The notes: generated from the letters alone by a model not told the origin. Shown: positions 18,466-29,826, counted from the first letter of the stretch. The stretch: 64,000 nt of DNA from an uncultured Spirochaetota bacterium (GCA_963734545.1 CAVTHO010000008.1:812643-876642); one strand, 5' to 3'. Numbers and translations are program-made.

Positions 18466-21400
18466 GATGACGTCCCCCCGCTCCGGGACCAGAGCGCGCG
18501 GATCTCATCGACCGTCAGGGCGGCGATCTGCCGGCCCGCCGCCTCCACGCTGACCCGGGGCTCATGCGTCACCTCGCCGATCCACCCGCAGGCCACGCCC
18601 TTCATGATGCGTCTCCACCTCTTGAGACTGCGCGGGGCCACACTGACGAGAAATCGTGAGGGCGTCTCGCAGAAGAGCAGCCGCGCGGGTTCGCGGCCGC
18701 TTTCCCCGGATACGGGCAGCGCGTCCAGAAAGACCCTTGCACCGAGGTCCCCGCCCAGACAGCTCTCCGCGAGGGCTACCCAGAGCCCGCCGTCCGAAAG
18801 GTCGTGGCACGAGCGTACGAGCCCCTGCCGGATTGCGCGGTACATTGCGCGATACGATTCTCGCGCGGGACCGAGACGGACGGAGGGACAGGGTCCCCGG
18901 GCGCCTCCGCTGATTCTCTCGAAGCACGTGCCGCCGAGCTCGCCGCGCGTCTCCCCGACCACGAACAGGAGGTCGCCCGGGTTCTTGAAATCCGTGGTCT
19001 GGGCCCTGCGCACGTCCGCGATGACCCCCATGAGGGAGACCAGGAGCGTGGGGCGGATGGAAATCTTCCTGCCGCCCACGCGCGCGTCGTTCTTCATGGA
19101 GTCCTTCCCCGAAATCAGGGGAAGCTGATACGCCCGGCACGCCGCGGAAAGCCCGCGGCAGGCGCGTACGAGCTGGGCCAGCTTGAAGGGACCGTCCGGG
19201 GTCTCCGGCCCTTCCACGGGATCCGGCCAGCAGAAGTTGTCCAATGCGGACATCCGGTCGGGATCGCCCCCGAGCGCCACGTGGGCGCGCACCGCCTCAT
19301 CCACCGCGCACTGGGCCATGTCCCAGGTATCGTGGTCCCCGTACCGGGGACAGATGCCGTGCGTGATGGTGATGCCGCGGCGGGAGTCGTGCCGCACGCG
19401 CATGACGCCCCCGTCCGAGGGCGCGTCACGGCGCCGGCCGACGAACGGCTTCACCACGGAGCGCGCCTGCACCTCGTGGTCGTACGCCCGCACCCACTCT
19501 TCCCGTGACGCGATATTGGGATCCGAGATCAGCGCGCGCATGACGCGCGGGATGTCGGCGAAGGACGTATCGCCTGCCGGCGCCGGGGCCCCGCATCTCC
19601 CCTTCCGGCGGAAGGGGGAATCCACTCGGCCCGCAGTTCCATCAGCGGAAGACCGTCGTGGAGAAAGCGCAAAGGAAGCAGACCGACGAGCGTGCCATGC
19701 GCGAACACCTCCACGTCGCCGGTGTCCGTAAACTCCCCGACAATGGCTGCTTCGACATCCCGGCGCCGCGCCAGGTCGAGGAACGCCTCGACAGTGCGGG
19801 GGGGCACGGCCAGGCTCATCCGCTCCTGTGACTCGGACACGAGGATTTCCCAGGCAGCCAGCCCCGTGTATTTCAGCGGGCACGCGTCCAGATCGATGCG
19901 CACCCCTCCGCTCAGGCCCGCCATTTCCCCCAGGGATGAGGAGAGCCCGCCCGCGCCATTGTCCGTTATCCCCCGGTAGAGCCCGAGGTCCCGCGCCTCC
20001 AGGAGCATGTCGAGCATCTTCTTCTGGGTGATCGGGTCTCCGATCTGCACCGCCGAGGTGGGTGAGGTCTCGCTCAACGCTTCGGAAGAAAACGTGGCGC
20101 CGTGGATGCCGTCCTTTCCGATCCTGCCGCCGGTCATGACCGCCAGGTCTCCCGGCCGCACGCGCTTTGCGCAGGAGTCCCCGCCGCGCACGCGCGCCGG
20201 CAGGACGCCCCCGGTTCCGCAGAACACCAGGGGCTTGCCGAGAAAGCTCTCGTCGAAGAGGAACGCGCCGGCCGCCGTCGGGATGCCGGACTGGTTGCCC
20301 CCATCCACGATGCCGTGATGCACGCCGTCGAGGACCCGGCGCGGATGCAGCAATCCCGGAGGGACCTGGTCAGCCGGCGTATCCGGAAAGCCGAAACACA
20401 GCACATTCGTGTTGAACAGCGGGCGCGCCCCCACGCCCGTTCCCATGATGTCACGGTTCACCCCGACTATTCCCGTGATCGCGCCGCCGTAGGGGTCCAG
20501 AGCGGAAGGGGAGTTGTGCGTTTCCACCTTGAAGCAGACGAACGTCCGGCGGTCGAAGGCGATCACTCCGGAGTTGTCGTGAAAAACGGACCGGAGAAAC
20601 CTTCGCCGCTTTGCCACGCTCTCCGTCGTGGCCCTGATGAAGGTGCGGAACAGCGAGTGGATGGTCTCCTCGCGTCCTTCTTCGCGATAGCGGATCGTGG
20701 CATTGAAGATCTTGTGCTTGCAGTGCTCCGACCAGGTCTGGGCTATCATCTCCAGCTCCACGTCGGTGGCCGCGGTGGAAAGCCCGCGCTCCCTGCGCGC
20801 GCGCCGTGTCTCCTCGTCCATGAAGAACCGCTGCACCGCCTTCATCTCCGGAAGGGACAGGGCGAGGAGCCGCGCGCGGGAAAGCGCAAGCAGCTCCTCG
20901 TCGCGCAGACCGGCGAGCTCGATGCGCAGGACCGCCGCGGGGCTCGCCGGCACGGTGTGCGGATAGAGGCGCGCGGGGCGCATCCCCTGGGACCACTCCC
21001 GCTGCCTCATGCACGCGGCGGACTGGATGAGCGGATTGTGAAAGAAACGGGCGAGGAGGTCGGCATCCACGGAGCCTGAAGGGTCGAGCGAGACAAGGTA
21101 CTGCACGGCGGTCTGGATGACGGCGTCCGGGGGACGCCTCCCGGCAGGCATGTCCGAAGGGCCTCCCGGGCGGTGAGGGCCACGGGGTCGGTGACCCCGG
21201 GCTTCACCGTCACCTCGATGAGGTGCTCCCAGGATCCACCGAACGCCTTTTCCGCGGCATACTCGTCGGTCAGAATCTCCTGCGCAACGGCGTCCTGGAA
21301 AACATCCGCGGCAACCGCGGGGGTCAGGCCGGGAATGCCGGAGAGCAGATAGACATCGACGATCGCGACGTCGACGATGGCCGGAGAGACCGCGCGCCGA

Positions 21401-21477
21401 AGGAGCGGAAGGATCCGCCGCGCCCTGCCGTCCGGGTAGCGCCTGCGGGTGAACACCTCCAGCCGGGCGGACGACAT
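18462..21477 (-). CDS. purL: Phosphoribosylformylglycinamidine synthase PurL (two apparent frameshifts, ~21130 and ~19600)
   Basis: Three consecutive frames carry KPGVTDP, QTWSEHCKHK, ETHNSPS, DGIHGATFSS, SESQERM, YDHEVQ, DNFCWP, SGKDSM and HDLSDGG; breaks are near G/C runs. Confidence 0.9.
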
Positions 21478-21494
21478 CTCCCTCGTCGCCGCGC

Positions 21495-22784
21495 TCACGG
21501 GGCGGAGTTTTCCGGCTGGCTGAAAGCCATGGCCAGGAGGCAGATATCGTCCTGCGGGGGGTCATCGCCGAGAAACGCGCGCACCGATCCCATGACCCTG
21601 TCCACGTCCAGGCTCCCCGTCTCCTGGATGATGCGGGTGGCCTCTGCCTTCAGCCGCTCCATGCCGAAGGTCTCCTGTCCCCGGCTCGCTTCGATCACCC
21701 CGTCGCTCACGAACAGCAGGGCGTCCCCCGGCGCGAAGCTTGACCGCAGGGTCTCATATTCGTTGTCCATCACGTGCCCGATGGGGTAGTCGGAGTGATC
21801 GAACAGTTCAACGGCCCTGCCCGCCGAGAGCACGACAGGGGGGACGTGGATGCCCGCGGACGCGTACTGGAACGCGAACCCGCGGAGGTCCAGCACGCCG
21901 AGAAAAAGGGTGAGGTAGATCTCGGGGTCCCCCTGGTTGATCTCGGTGATGAAGCTGTGATTGATCGCGGTGAGGACCGCGCCGGGAGGCTTCACCACGT
22001 ACTGCCGGTTGAGCAGAATTCTCTTCACCGAAGTCTCGATGAGCTTCTTCACGTAGCTCATGACCATGGCCGCATAGATGCCGTGACCGCACACGTCTCC
22101 ACCGTACACGGCCAGGCGGTACTCGTCGATCTGGAATACGCCGGTGATGTCCCCCCCCAGCTCGTCGCAGGGAATGTACTCCGAGGCGATGGAGACCCCG
22201 GGATAGCTCTTGCGCTTTTCCGGCAGGAGGTTGCGCTGGATATTCTGCGCCAGGAGCAGCTCGCGCCGCACCTTCTCTCCCACCGCCTCGAGCTCCCTCG
22301 TGCGCTCGCGCACCTTGCGCTCCAGCACGTCTTTCTCCACGCGGAGGGTCTCCAGCCACTTGTAGTTCAATCCCTGGAGCTGGAGGATGATATTGGAGAG
22401 AACGTTTCGAGTGGTTCCGGGATAGTCCTCCAGCAGCCGGGTGAATCCCTCTGTCGTCAGGGAAAGCGTGGTCACCGGGCTGAGGGCTATGACGCTGGCC
22501 GAGTGCACCGATGCGCCGATGATCACGGCCATCTCGCCGAAGAAGTCCCCTGCCTCCAGCTCCGCAATCCCCATTTCCTCGGCGCCCGGCAGCCGCCGGC
22601 GCACCTCGACCTTTCCCTCCGCAAGGAGGTACACCCGGTCGGGGGTTTCCGACTGCCGCACGATCACCGCTCCCGTGGGAAATGTCTGCCGGGTCACCAG
22701 GTCACGCACCTTGCCGAGCTGGTCTTCCGTCATTCCCTTCAGGAGCTTGTTGTGCGTGAGAAAGCTGCGAAGCTCCAGGTCCAT
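21495..22784 (-). CDS. SpoIIE/PP2C-type phosphatase with N-terminal cNMP-binding domain
   Basis: FFGEMA cNMP fold, coiled coil, LGGD, GDVCGHG, SDGVIE, DDICL. Confidence 0.88.
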   Translation of the reverse strand: MDLELRSFLTHNKLLKGMTEDQLGKVRDLVTRQTFPTGAVIVRQSETPDRVYLLAEGKVEVRRRLPGAEEMGIAELEAGDFFGEMAVIIGASVHSASVIALSPVTTLSLTTEGFTRLLEDYPGTTRNVLSNIILQLQGLNYKWLETLRVEKDVLERKVRERTRELEAVGEKVRRELLLAQNIQRNLLPEKRKSYPGVSIASEYIPCDELGGDITGVFQIDEYRLAVYGGDVCGHGIYAAMVMSYVKKLIETSVKRILLNRQYVVKPPGAVLTAINHSFITEINQGDPEIYLTLFLGVLDLRGFAFQYASAGIHVPPVVLSAGRAVELFDHSDYPIGHVMDNEYETLRSSFAPGDALLFVSDGVIEASRGQETFGMERLKAEATRIIQETGSLDVDRVMGSVRAFLGDDPPQDDICLLAMAFSQPENSAP

Positions 22785-22856
22785 TGCTGTTGCGCCAGAA
22801 TCGCCCAGCGTTCCGGCGTTGTCAAGTGCGGCCGGGTATTGCAGCCTGCCCTTTCC

Positions 22857-22885
22857 TTGACCCGGGTGCGCACGCCACGTATCTT
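22857..22885 (+). promoter_or_regulatory. Sigma-70 promoter, leaderless arrangement
   Basis: TTGACC-17-TATCTT, then 7 nt to ATG 22893; no SD. Confidence 0.65.
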
Positions 22886-22892
22886 CTTGCTG

Positions 22893-23657
22893 ATGGCGGA
22901 TATACTCGTATTCGGGGCGCACCCTGACGATGCGGAGTTCGGGATGGGCGCAAGCATGGTCAAGTTCGCGCGGGCGGGAGCCTCCGTTGCGCTCTGCGTT
23001 CTCACGCGCGGCGAGGCGGGCACCTTCGGCACGCCGGCGCAGCGGGAAGGGGAGATGCGCGCCGCCGCGGAGATGCTGGGAGGAGAGCTGGAAATTCTCT
23101 CATTCCACGACTGCCAGATCTTCGATACCTACGAGGCCCGGCTGCGGCTGGCCGAAGCCATCCGTAAATTCAGGCCCCGGCTCGTATTTGCCCCTTATCA
23201 TACGAACCCCAGCAACCACAAGGACGGCGGCGCGCACCCCGACCACACCGCGACGGGCACCATCGTGAGGTCCGCGACGCGCTATGCGCGGTTCGCCGGC
23301 CTGAAAGACGCGCGCGGGGAGCCCTGGAACGCGGAACACATCATCTACTACATGGTGCCCCGGTCGCGCACGCCGACCCTCTTGAACGACGTGTCCGCCC
23401 ACATGGACGAGTGGGAATCGATCGCGCGCTGCCACCAGTCCCAGATGAGCCTCCGGGACGGCAAAGTGCTGGAGGGCCTGCGCAGGTTCAGGGAAGCATA
23501 CGGAAACATGCTCGGCGTGGCCCACGCGGAGGGCTTTCTCGTGGAGGAGCCGCTCGTCTTCGACCTTCCCTTTTTCATGCGCACGTCCAGCCAGCCGGGA
23601 GGCGTCGCTACCTCCGAGGCTGAAAAATCAGGAGCCCTGCCCTCCCTACGTTCGTGA
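22893..23657 (+). CDS. PIG-L family deacetylase (BshB1-like)
   Basis: GAHPDDAE, TRGEAG, HPDH, CHQSQ. Confidence 0.88.
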   Translation: MADILVFGAHPDDAEFGMGASMVKFARAGASVALCVLTRGEAGTFGTPAQREGEMRAAAEMLGGELEILSFHDCQIFDTYEARLRLAEAIRKFRPRLVFAPYHTNPSNHKDGGAHPDHTATGTIVRSATRYARFAGLKDARGEPWNAEHIIYYMVPRSRTPTLLNDVSAHMDEWESIARCHQSQMSLRDGKVLEGLRRFREAYGNMLGVAHAEGFLVEEPLVFDLPFFMRTSSQPGGVATSEAEKSGALPSLRS

Positions 23658-24735
23658 ACGAGGTCTCCTCCCACGCGACGATGAAGAGATCCCCCTGCTT
23701 CACGAAGTCCGTGTAGCGGAACGCACGCGGCAGGCCGGGAAGGTCGATGGGCCGCACAGAATCCGCGGAGTCCCGCGATGCGGACGAGGCCGTTGACGCA
23801 ATCACCCGCCCGTCGGGAATGAGTGCCAGGCGCGTCCCCTCTTCCTCGAAGACGGGGATCATCACGGCGGAATCGCTTACCGGCCGGGATCGATAGCTCC
23901 GGCGGACGGGGTTTTCACGGGACCGCAACGCGAACTGGAGCGAGGCGTCCGGGGCGAGCCTCGGTATTGATTTGCGACAGGTCTCGAAGAACGCGCCGAG
24001 GTCCGGCGGCACCCCTGCCCCGGAAATGGACGGCACCCCGAGGGCGGCGAGATAGGCGTCCCTGCTCGTGTCCTCCTCCGCCTGCGTGTCGGCGTGATAG
24101 CGCGTGTAGGCGAAGCGGGTCTCAATGGCATCCGTGTATTTCCATTCGAACGCGAACTGGTTCTCCGTTTCCGGCGCAAATCCCACGGCTTCCCAGTCGG
24201 GATTCCTCTTCTGGAACGGTGGAATGAGAAAGGAAAAATCGGACCGCGCGGGGAGAAAGGTGACGATGCTGATGCCCGAGATCGGAAGTTCCCGCTGCCG
24301 CGCGTCGTTCAGCAGCGCGTTGAAGTAGAGGTGCACGGCGAGTGTTCCCTGCCGTGGGACGAGGGTGGTGATTGTGCGGTGCGCGAAGATGAGAGGATCC
24401 GCATGATAGGCGAATACCGGTGCGCCCGCCGTGTCGAACACCAGCGCGGCCAGGCCCGTCCCATTGACCGCGCAATAGAGAGTGTCGCCGAGAAACGCCA
24501 TGTCCGCCACCCGTGACTGGACTGTCCAGGGCAGCTCGGGCACGGCGGGCGACGACCCCGGCCCGTCAACGGGCTGAAACACACCCGCCTGGAGATGGAG
24601 CCACGAAGCGCGCGCTGGGGACCCCGGCCGCGCCCCCGAGCAGGAGGCAAGCGCGGCGAGCGCGCCGGCGGCCGCCAGAAGGGCGGCTAGTACGCGCGTC
24701 CGAAGACGGCGATGACTTGGGCGGTCTTTCCGCAC
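23608..24735 (-). CDS. Hypothetical lipoprotein
   Basis: Basic N-region, hydrophobic stretch and LASC lipobox; likely GTG start 24735 overlapping the proS end (start uncertain). Confidence 0.6.
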   Translation of the reverse strand: MRKDRPSHRRLRTRVLAALLAAAGALAALASCSGARPGSPARASWLHLQAGVFQPVDGPGSSPAVPELPWTVQSRVADMAFLGDTLYCAVNGTGLAALVFDTAGAPVFAYHADPLIFAHRTITTLVPRQGTLAVHLYFNALLNDARQRELPISGISIVTFLPARSDFSFLIPPFQKRNPDWEAVGFAPETENQFAFEWKYTDAIETRFAYTRYHADTQAEEDTSRDAYLAALGVPSISGAGVPPDLGAFFETCRKSIPRLAPDASLQFALRSRENPVRRSYRSRPVSDSAVMIPVFEEEGTRLALIPDGRVIASTASSASRDSADSVRPIDLPGLPRAFRYTDFVKQGDLFIVAWEETSFTNVGRAGLLIFQPRR

Positions 24736-26117
24736 ACGATGCACGGAGCGCCTGCTGTTTCGATCTTTTCCATCGGGAGAAGGCGGATAGTCGCCTTGGT
24801 CTCCTCCTTCACTTTGGCCTCGCATGCCGCGTCTCCGCACCAGCCCGCTTCGATGAATCCGCCCGGATCGTCCAGCTTTGCCTTGAGCGCGGCGTAGTCC
24901 GCGACCCGGAAGGTATTGTCCTGGCGGAACTTCAGGGCGCGCGTGTACAGGGACTCCTGGATCGCGCCCAGCAGGGCGCGCAGTTTTTCACCGGCCTCGG
25001 CCACGGGAACAAACGCCTTCTCACCCGTGTCGCGGCGCACGGCGACGAACTGGCCTTTCTCCATGTCGCGCGGACCGATTTCCACCCGCACCGGAATTCC
25101 CTGCAGCTCGTACTCGGAAAACTTCCACCCCGGCGTATTCTGGTCATCCTCGTCCAGGGTGACCCTGAACGAGGCGGCGAGGGTGTCACGCAGCTTCCGC
25201 GCGAAAGCCAGCACCGTCTCTTTCGTTTCGTTCTTGAAGATGGGAACGATCACGACCTCGATGGGAGCCAGCCGCGGCGGAAGAACGAGGCCCTTGTCGT
25301 CCGAGTGGGCCATGATGACGGCGCCGATGAGCCGGGTGGACACGCCCCAGGACGACCCCCAGACGTAGTCGAGTGTCTTCTCCTTTGTCTGGAAGGTGAC
25401 ATCGAAGGCCTTTCCGAAGTTCTGGCCCAGGTTGTGGGAGGTGCCCGCCTGCAGCGCCTTGCGGTCCTGCATCATGGCCTCGATGCAGTACGTGCGCACG
25501 GCCCCCGCAAACTTTTCCGAGTCCGTCTTCACCCCGTGCAGGACGGGCACCGCCATGTACTGCTCGGCGAACGTCTTGTACACGCCCACCATGCGCAGCG
25601 TCTCCTCCTCCGCCTCGGCCGCCGTTGCATGGGCCGTGTGTCCCTCCTGCCAGAGGAACTCCGTGGTGCGCAGGAAGAGCCGGGTGCGCTTCTCCCAGCG
25701 AATGATGTTGCACCACTGGTTGATGAGAAGGGGCAGATCGCGATAGGACTGGATCCACTTCTTGTACATGGCCCAGATGATGGTCTCCGAGGTGGGCCGG
25801 ATCACGAGCGGCTCCTCGAGCTTTTCCCCACCCGCCTCGGTCACGACCGCGAGCTCGGGAGAGAACCCCTCCACGTGCTCGGCCTCTTTCTTGATGAAGC
25901 TCTCGGGAATGAGGAGCGGGAAATACGCGTTGACGTGGCCCGTTTCCTTGAAGAGGCCGTCCAGGCCCTGCTGGATCCTCTCCCAGAGCGCGTAGCCGCG
26001 CGGGCGGATCACCATGCATCCCTTCACCGGCGCGTAGTCGGCCAGCTTCGCATTGATGACGACGTCGATGTACCACTGCGAATAGTCTGTTGCCCGGGGC
26101 GTGATTTTCTCTGCCAT
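24687..26117 (-). CDS. proS: Proline--tRNA ligase (archaeal/eukaryote-like family)
   Basis: [41 protein letters not shown]-terminal FGRAY. Confidence 0.97.
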   Translation of the reverse strand: MAEKITPRATDYSQWYIDVVINAKLADYAPVKGCMVIRPRGYALWERIQQGLDGLFKETGHVNAYFPLLIPESFIKKEAEHVEGFSPELAVVTEAGGEKLEEPLVIRPTSETIIWAMYKKWIQSYRDLPLLINQWCNIIRWEKRTRLFLRTTEFLWQEGHTAHATAAEAEEETLRMVGVYKTFAEQYMAVPVLHGVKTDSEKFAGAVRTYCIEAMMQDRKALQAGTSHNLGQNFGKAFDVTFQTKEKTLDYVWGSSWGVSTRLIGAVIMAHSDDKGLVLPPRLAPIEVVIVPIFKNETKETVLAFARKLRDTLAASFRVTLDEDDQNTPGWKFSEYELQGIPVRVEIGPRDMEKGQFVAVRRDTGEKAFVPVAEAGEKLRALLGAIQESLYTRALKFRQDNTFRVADYAALKAKLDDPGGFIEAGWCGDAACEAKVKEETKATIRLLPMEKIETAGAPCIVCGKTAQVIAVFGRAY

Positions 26118-26140
26118 GCCAGCCTCTTTGTGTGTGCGGC

Positions 26141-26169
26141 ATTCTAAGGGCGCCAGAGACTGGTGTCAA
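26141..26169 (-). promoter_or_regulatory. Sigma-70 promoter of proS
   Basis: TTGACA-17-TAGAAT. Confidence 0.75.
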
Positions 26170-26201
26170 TAAGATCCCGCTCGGGGCCCCGCGCGGGGGC
26201 G

Positions 26202-26891
26202 CTACTTCACCCGGACCGTCTCCACCATGTAGCGGATATTGTCCCCGCGGCTGTCCTGCTCCTCTTTCTGGATCAGGAAGACGAGGGAGTTGCCGTCGGG
26301 GGCGAGGATGATCTGCTTGATATGGTATGCCCTCACGCCCGGTCTCCTGTACGAGGAATTGCCGGCAGTGAGGGTACGGGTTCTGCCATCCTTCTCCACG
26401 ATGGAAATGGCGAGGCTGAACGAGGCGCTCGGGTAGGAGCCGGTCGTCCCGCTGCCCTGGATGAGACTCACCTTGTAGGATCTCCCCGACGGGAAGTCAC
26501 GGAACTCGAGGGTGTCGGCGGCCTGCTCACCATCGATGAGAACGTAGAGCAGGCGCCCGGTGAGCAGGTGGTCGATCCTGTACTTCTTCTGTGCGAGTGT
26601 ATCGTTCAGGGTGTTCAGGAGGGCCCCCACGGCGCTTGCGCCCGGCTCGACGGGCTGGTTGGAGGAGAAACGGTTCGCGCCCCGCGGCGCGTAGGCATTG
26701 GCGCGCACGTCGACTATGTACGAATCCGCCCAGGGAGTGGAGTTCTTTTCGAGAATCCCGTACTGCCCGAACATGAAGTACTTCGAATCTGATGAGAACC
26801 CGAGATTCACGAACAAAGCGATGTCGCCCGTGGAAGCGAAGCTCGCCACCGCGAGAAACAGGGCCCCGACCAGGGCAAACCGTTTTGCCAT
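26202..26891 (-). CDS. DUF2259-like secreted protein
   Basis: Signal peptide then GDIALFVNLGFSSDSKYFMFGQYG; C-terminal RYMVET. Confidence 0.75.
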   Translation of the reverse strand: MAKRFALVGALFLAVASFASTGDIALFVNLGFSSDSKYFMFGQYGILEKNSTPWADSYIVDVRANAYAPRGANRFSSNQPVEPGASAVGALLNTLNDTLAQKKYRIDHLLTGRLLYVLIDGEQAADTLEFRDFPSGRSYKVSLIQGSGTTGSYPSASFSLAISIVEKDGRTRTLTAGNSSYRRPGVRAYHIKQIILAPDGNSLVFLIQKEEQDSRGDNIRYMVETVRVK

Positions 26892-26965
26892 AGGTGCTCC
26901 TGGTTATAGTATCGTACTGCCCGGTGTATTCTATAGAGGAATTTGGCGTCCCCGACAGGCGCCCC

Positions 26966-27982
26966 CTACTGGACAGCTACCCCCAGGTGCGGCGCAAGCG
27001 CGCGCAGACGGGCCAGCAATTCCTCGAAATGAGCGAAATTGAGGCTCTGCTTGCCGTCCGACTTGGCCATTGCGGGGTCCGGATGGATCTCGATGAGGAT
27101 CCCGTCCGCCCCCGCCGCGATGGCAGCGAGAGATGCAGGGGCCACGTAGTGCCAGTCACCCATCGCGTGGCTGGGATCCACGAGAATGGGGAGATGGCTG
27201 AGACGCCTTATGACCGGGACCGCCGCGATATCCAGGGTGTTGCGGGTCTGGGTTTCGAAGGTCCGGATGCCCCGTTCGCAGAGGATGACGTGCGGGTTCC
27301 CGCCTTTCATGATGTATTCGGCCGACAGGAGGAGCTCCTCGATGGTGCCCATCATGCTCCTTTTGAGGAGGATCGGGGCGCGCGTCTCTCCGAGGGCCTT
27401 GAGGAGAGCGAAGTTCTGCATGTTCCTCGCGCCAACCTGGAAAACGCCCGAATAGCGCCCCACCAGGTCCACGTCGTGCTCCGACATGATTTCAGTGACC
27501 ACGGTGAGCCCGTGCCGCTTCGCCGCGGCGCTGAGGATCTGAAGTCCCTGCTCGCCCAGACCCTGGAATGAGTACGGCGAAGAGCGCGGCTTGAAGGCGC
27601 CGCCCCGCAGGAGCTTCAGCCCAAGGCTGCTCACCAGCTTCGCAATCGACTCGACCTGTTCCTCGGTTTCCGCCGAGCAGGGGCCGGCAACCACCGCGAA
27701 GCCCCCCAATCCGACGCTGATCCCTCCCACCTCCACGCGCGTGGGATCGGGGTGGAACTCCCGGGAGGCCAGCTTGTACGGCTTGAGCACGCGCAGGACG
27801 CTCTCGACGCCCGGCATCTGATCGAACTCGGATTCCGAAATGGCACGATCGTCGCCCGTGACCCCGCAGATCGTCTTGACGGCGCCCCGGCTCAGGTGCG
27901 GGGTATAGCCGAGGGTCCCTATCTTGTGCAGAGCGCTCTGGATCTGCTCTTCGGTGGCGTCCTTGCGGAAAATAATGATCAT
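26966..27982 (-). CDS. aroF: 3-deoxy-7-phosphoheptulonate (DAHP) synthase, type I-beta with regulatory N-domain
   Basis: AGPCSAE, RGGAFKPRSSPYSFQG, GARNMQN, CERGIRTF, DPSH, SDGKQ; start ATG 27982. Confidence 0.93.
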   Translation of the reverse strand: MIIIFRKDATEEQIQSALHKIGTLGYTPHLSRGAVKTICGVTGDDRAISESEFDQMPGVESVLRVLKPYKLASREFHPDPTRVEVGGISVGLGGFAVVAGPCSAETEEQVESIAKLVSSLGLKLLRGGAFKPRSSPYSFQGLGEQGLQILSAAAKRHGLTVVTEIMSEHDVDLVGRYSGVFQVGARNMQNFALLKALGETRAPILLKRSMMGTIEELLLSAEYIMKGGNPHVILCERGIRTFETQTRNTLDIAAVPVIRRLSHLPILVDPSHAMGDWHYVAPASLAAIAAGADGILIEIHPDPAMAKSDGKQSLNFAHFEELLARLRALAPHLGVAVQ

Positions 27983-27987
27983 GACAA

Positions 27988-28030
27988 AGTCTACAATGTT
28001 TTGACCTTTTGGCAAATAACATCGTAGTAT
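27988..28030. promoter_or_regulatory. Overlapping divergent sigma-70 promoters, both leaderless
   Basis: Plus strand: TTGACC-18-TAGTAT-6-ATG 28037. Minus strand: TTGCCA-16-TAGACT-5-ATG 27982. Confidence 0.55.
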
Positions 28031-28036
28031 GCCCGG

Positions 28037-28894
28037 ATGCGAACGCCCGCAGGAGCCGTTGCTTTCAACGCGGCGGCTGTCATCACGCTCCTGCTCATCG
28101 CCTCCGCGGCCCTTGCCCTCGCTCTCTTCCTGACCGTGCCGCGCACCGCCGAGCCCCTTCTCTCTCTTCCTGACAATACATGGTGGTTCATCTACCACGA
28201 CCCGCCGCAGGGAGGCGCGCCGGCTGCCCTCTGGCGCATCGGCGCAGCCATGGCGACGGCATGCGTTGCGGCTGCCGCGTCATTTCGCGCCTACGCTCTC
28301 TTCCGGCGGACCGGTTCGATGCTGTTTCCGGCCCTCATGCTGTTTCTCTTTTCCCTCGGCCCGGAGTGTCTTCGCGCCGGAACCGCGTACCTGTATGCGA
28401 TTGACGGCTCGATCTCCGCGGTTGTCGTTCTGACCAGGATGATCTACTGGGCCCGGTTCGTGGGCCTGCTGGGGCTGCTGCTCACGGGCCTGTACTGCAT
28501 CGACTTCAAGTACAAGAGGTATGGCGTGCTCACCGCGGTCATATTCCTCGTCTCATTCGCCATGGCCGCGTACATCCCCGTGGACCGGACGGTGTTTCTC
28601 ACGCAGCTCACCTGGAAGCTGGGAGACGAGCAGGGGGTCTGGTTCGTGAGTCTCACGATAGGCGCCCTTGCGCTTTGCACCGCTGCTGCCGCTGCCCCTG
28701 CCAAGCGGGACGGAAGATACCTCTGGCTCGCGGCCGGTCTCGCTCTCCTTCTGGTGTCGCGAGAGCTCCTCTTCTTTGGCGCGAATCCGGTGATCCTCGG
28801 AGCAGGCCTGGCCGCATTGAGCGTGGGGATCGTATTGTGTCTGCGAACGGTCTCGACGCTCTCCGCTGCCGCGGCTGAGAGAAGCGCCGATTAA
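28037..28894 (+). CDS. Hypothetical multi-pass membrane protein
   Basis: 285-aa ORF with about 8 hydrophobic segments. Confidence 0.75.
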   Translation: MRTPAGAVAFNAAAVITLLLIASAALALALFLTVPRTAEPLLSLPDNTWWFIYHDPPQGGAPAALWRIGAAMATACVAAAASFRAYALFRRTGSMLFPALMLFLFSLGPECLRAGTAYLYAIDGSISAVVVLTRMIYWARFVGLLGLLLTGLYCIDFKYKRYGVLTAVIFLVSFAMAAYIPVDRTVFLTQLTWKLGDEQGVWFVSLTIGALALCTAAAAAPAKRDGRYLWLAAGLALLLVSRELLFFGANPVILGAGLAALSVGIVLCLRTVSTLSAAAAERSAD

Positions 28895-28900
28895 GGGCGG

Positions 28901-29545
28901 CTAGGGCACGATAAGCTTTGCCGCCACCATTCCCACGCCAAAGGGGATGATGATGTTGTCGAAATTGCCCGCGGGGATCCCTTCCAGGAATGTCGCGGCA
29001 GCGGCCACGATGAGCGCATCAGCAGGATTCGAGGTGATGCCGAACGTGACAATGAAGACCGCGGCGAAGCATGCGAAGCTTCCGGCCACTGTCTTGCCGT
29101 TCAGGAACGGAATCCGCGGCCCCTTGACCACTGTGCCGACCAGGCTTGCGAAGCCGTCCCCAAAGGCGAGGGCGAAGATGGCGATGGAAGCAGCGGGAAG
29201 CGGATACAGCAGCAGGGAAAGCAGGGCACCCAGACCGAGGGTGACCGGACCCAGAACGAACCTGTCCATGTCCCTTTCACGGGCGGCAATGAGCGTCAGA
29301 TCGCTCACCACGAGCACGGGGTTGCCCTGACGGCGCGAAGCCTCGGCAAGGGAATAGAAGATGGTTCCCATGGCCAGGAGGGCTATGGTTGCCGGAAGAT
29401 TGACGGCGGCCAGAACAGGGACGAGGGCAATGAGGAGGTGAAGTGACTTCCTGACCATCTCCCCTTGAAACCTGGCGGCAACTTGAGTACCTTGTGTCTG
29501 TCGGCTTTCGGCTTGTCGTAGCAATTCCGGTCTTTCCTGCATCAT
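28901..29545 (-). CDS. CTP-dependent diacylglycerol/polyprenol kinase family (SEC59/DGK1/VTE5)
   Basis: EMVRKSLH, FGDGFASLVG, KTVAGS, FDNIIIP. Confidence 0.82.
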   Translation of the reverse strand: MMQERPELLRQAESRQTQGTQVAARFQGEMVRKSLHLLIALVPVLAAVNLPATIALLAMGTIFYSLAEASRRQGNPVLVVSDLTLIAARERDMDRFVLGPVTLGLGALLSLLLYPLPAASIAIFALAFGDGFASLVGTVVKGPRIPFLNGKTVAGSFACFAAVFIVTFGITSNPADALIVAAAATFLEGIPAGNFDNIIIPFGVGMVAAKLIVP

Positions 29546-29568
29546 GTTGTGTTCGCTGTCATTCTCAA

Positions 29569-29585
29569 TGCAATTTCGATACCAA
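29569..29585 (-). promoter_or_regulatory. Putative sigma-54 (-24/-12) promoter
   Basis: Minus strand TTGGTAT-CGAAA-TTGCA, correct GG-N10-GC spacing, with an AT-rich upstream tract. Confidence 0.6.
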
Positions 29586-29796
29586 CAATGGGCAGAATGA
29601 GCTGCTTCTAATTGTTTATAGCTGAATCAATTGAAATGTCGATTTCTTCCCGGCTTCTGATCAGCACAGGTTTGTCTACTTTCTTGCACTTTAGGCTCTG
29701 ATTTTCATATAGCGGAAGGGGCACTTTCCCGCAGTTCGCGCGGGTATTCGCGAGTCAGCGGTACCTTGGGCGGTCAGGCTGCTCAGGCGTCGCTGA

Positions 29797-29826
29797 TTGA
29801 CAGCAAACCCAGCGCCGATGTACTTT
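29797..29826 (+). promoter_or_regulatory. Sigma-70 promoter of tRNA-Val
   Basis: TTGACA-18-TACTTT. Confidence 0.65.

Noticed and set aside
18462-21477. Programmed frameshifting or pseudogenisation of purL
   Set aside because: No canonical slippery heptamer was seen, all catalytic motifs are intact, and similar indels occur in unrelated genes, so sequencing error is the simpler explanation.
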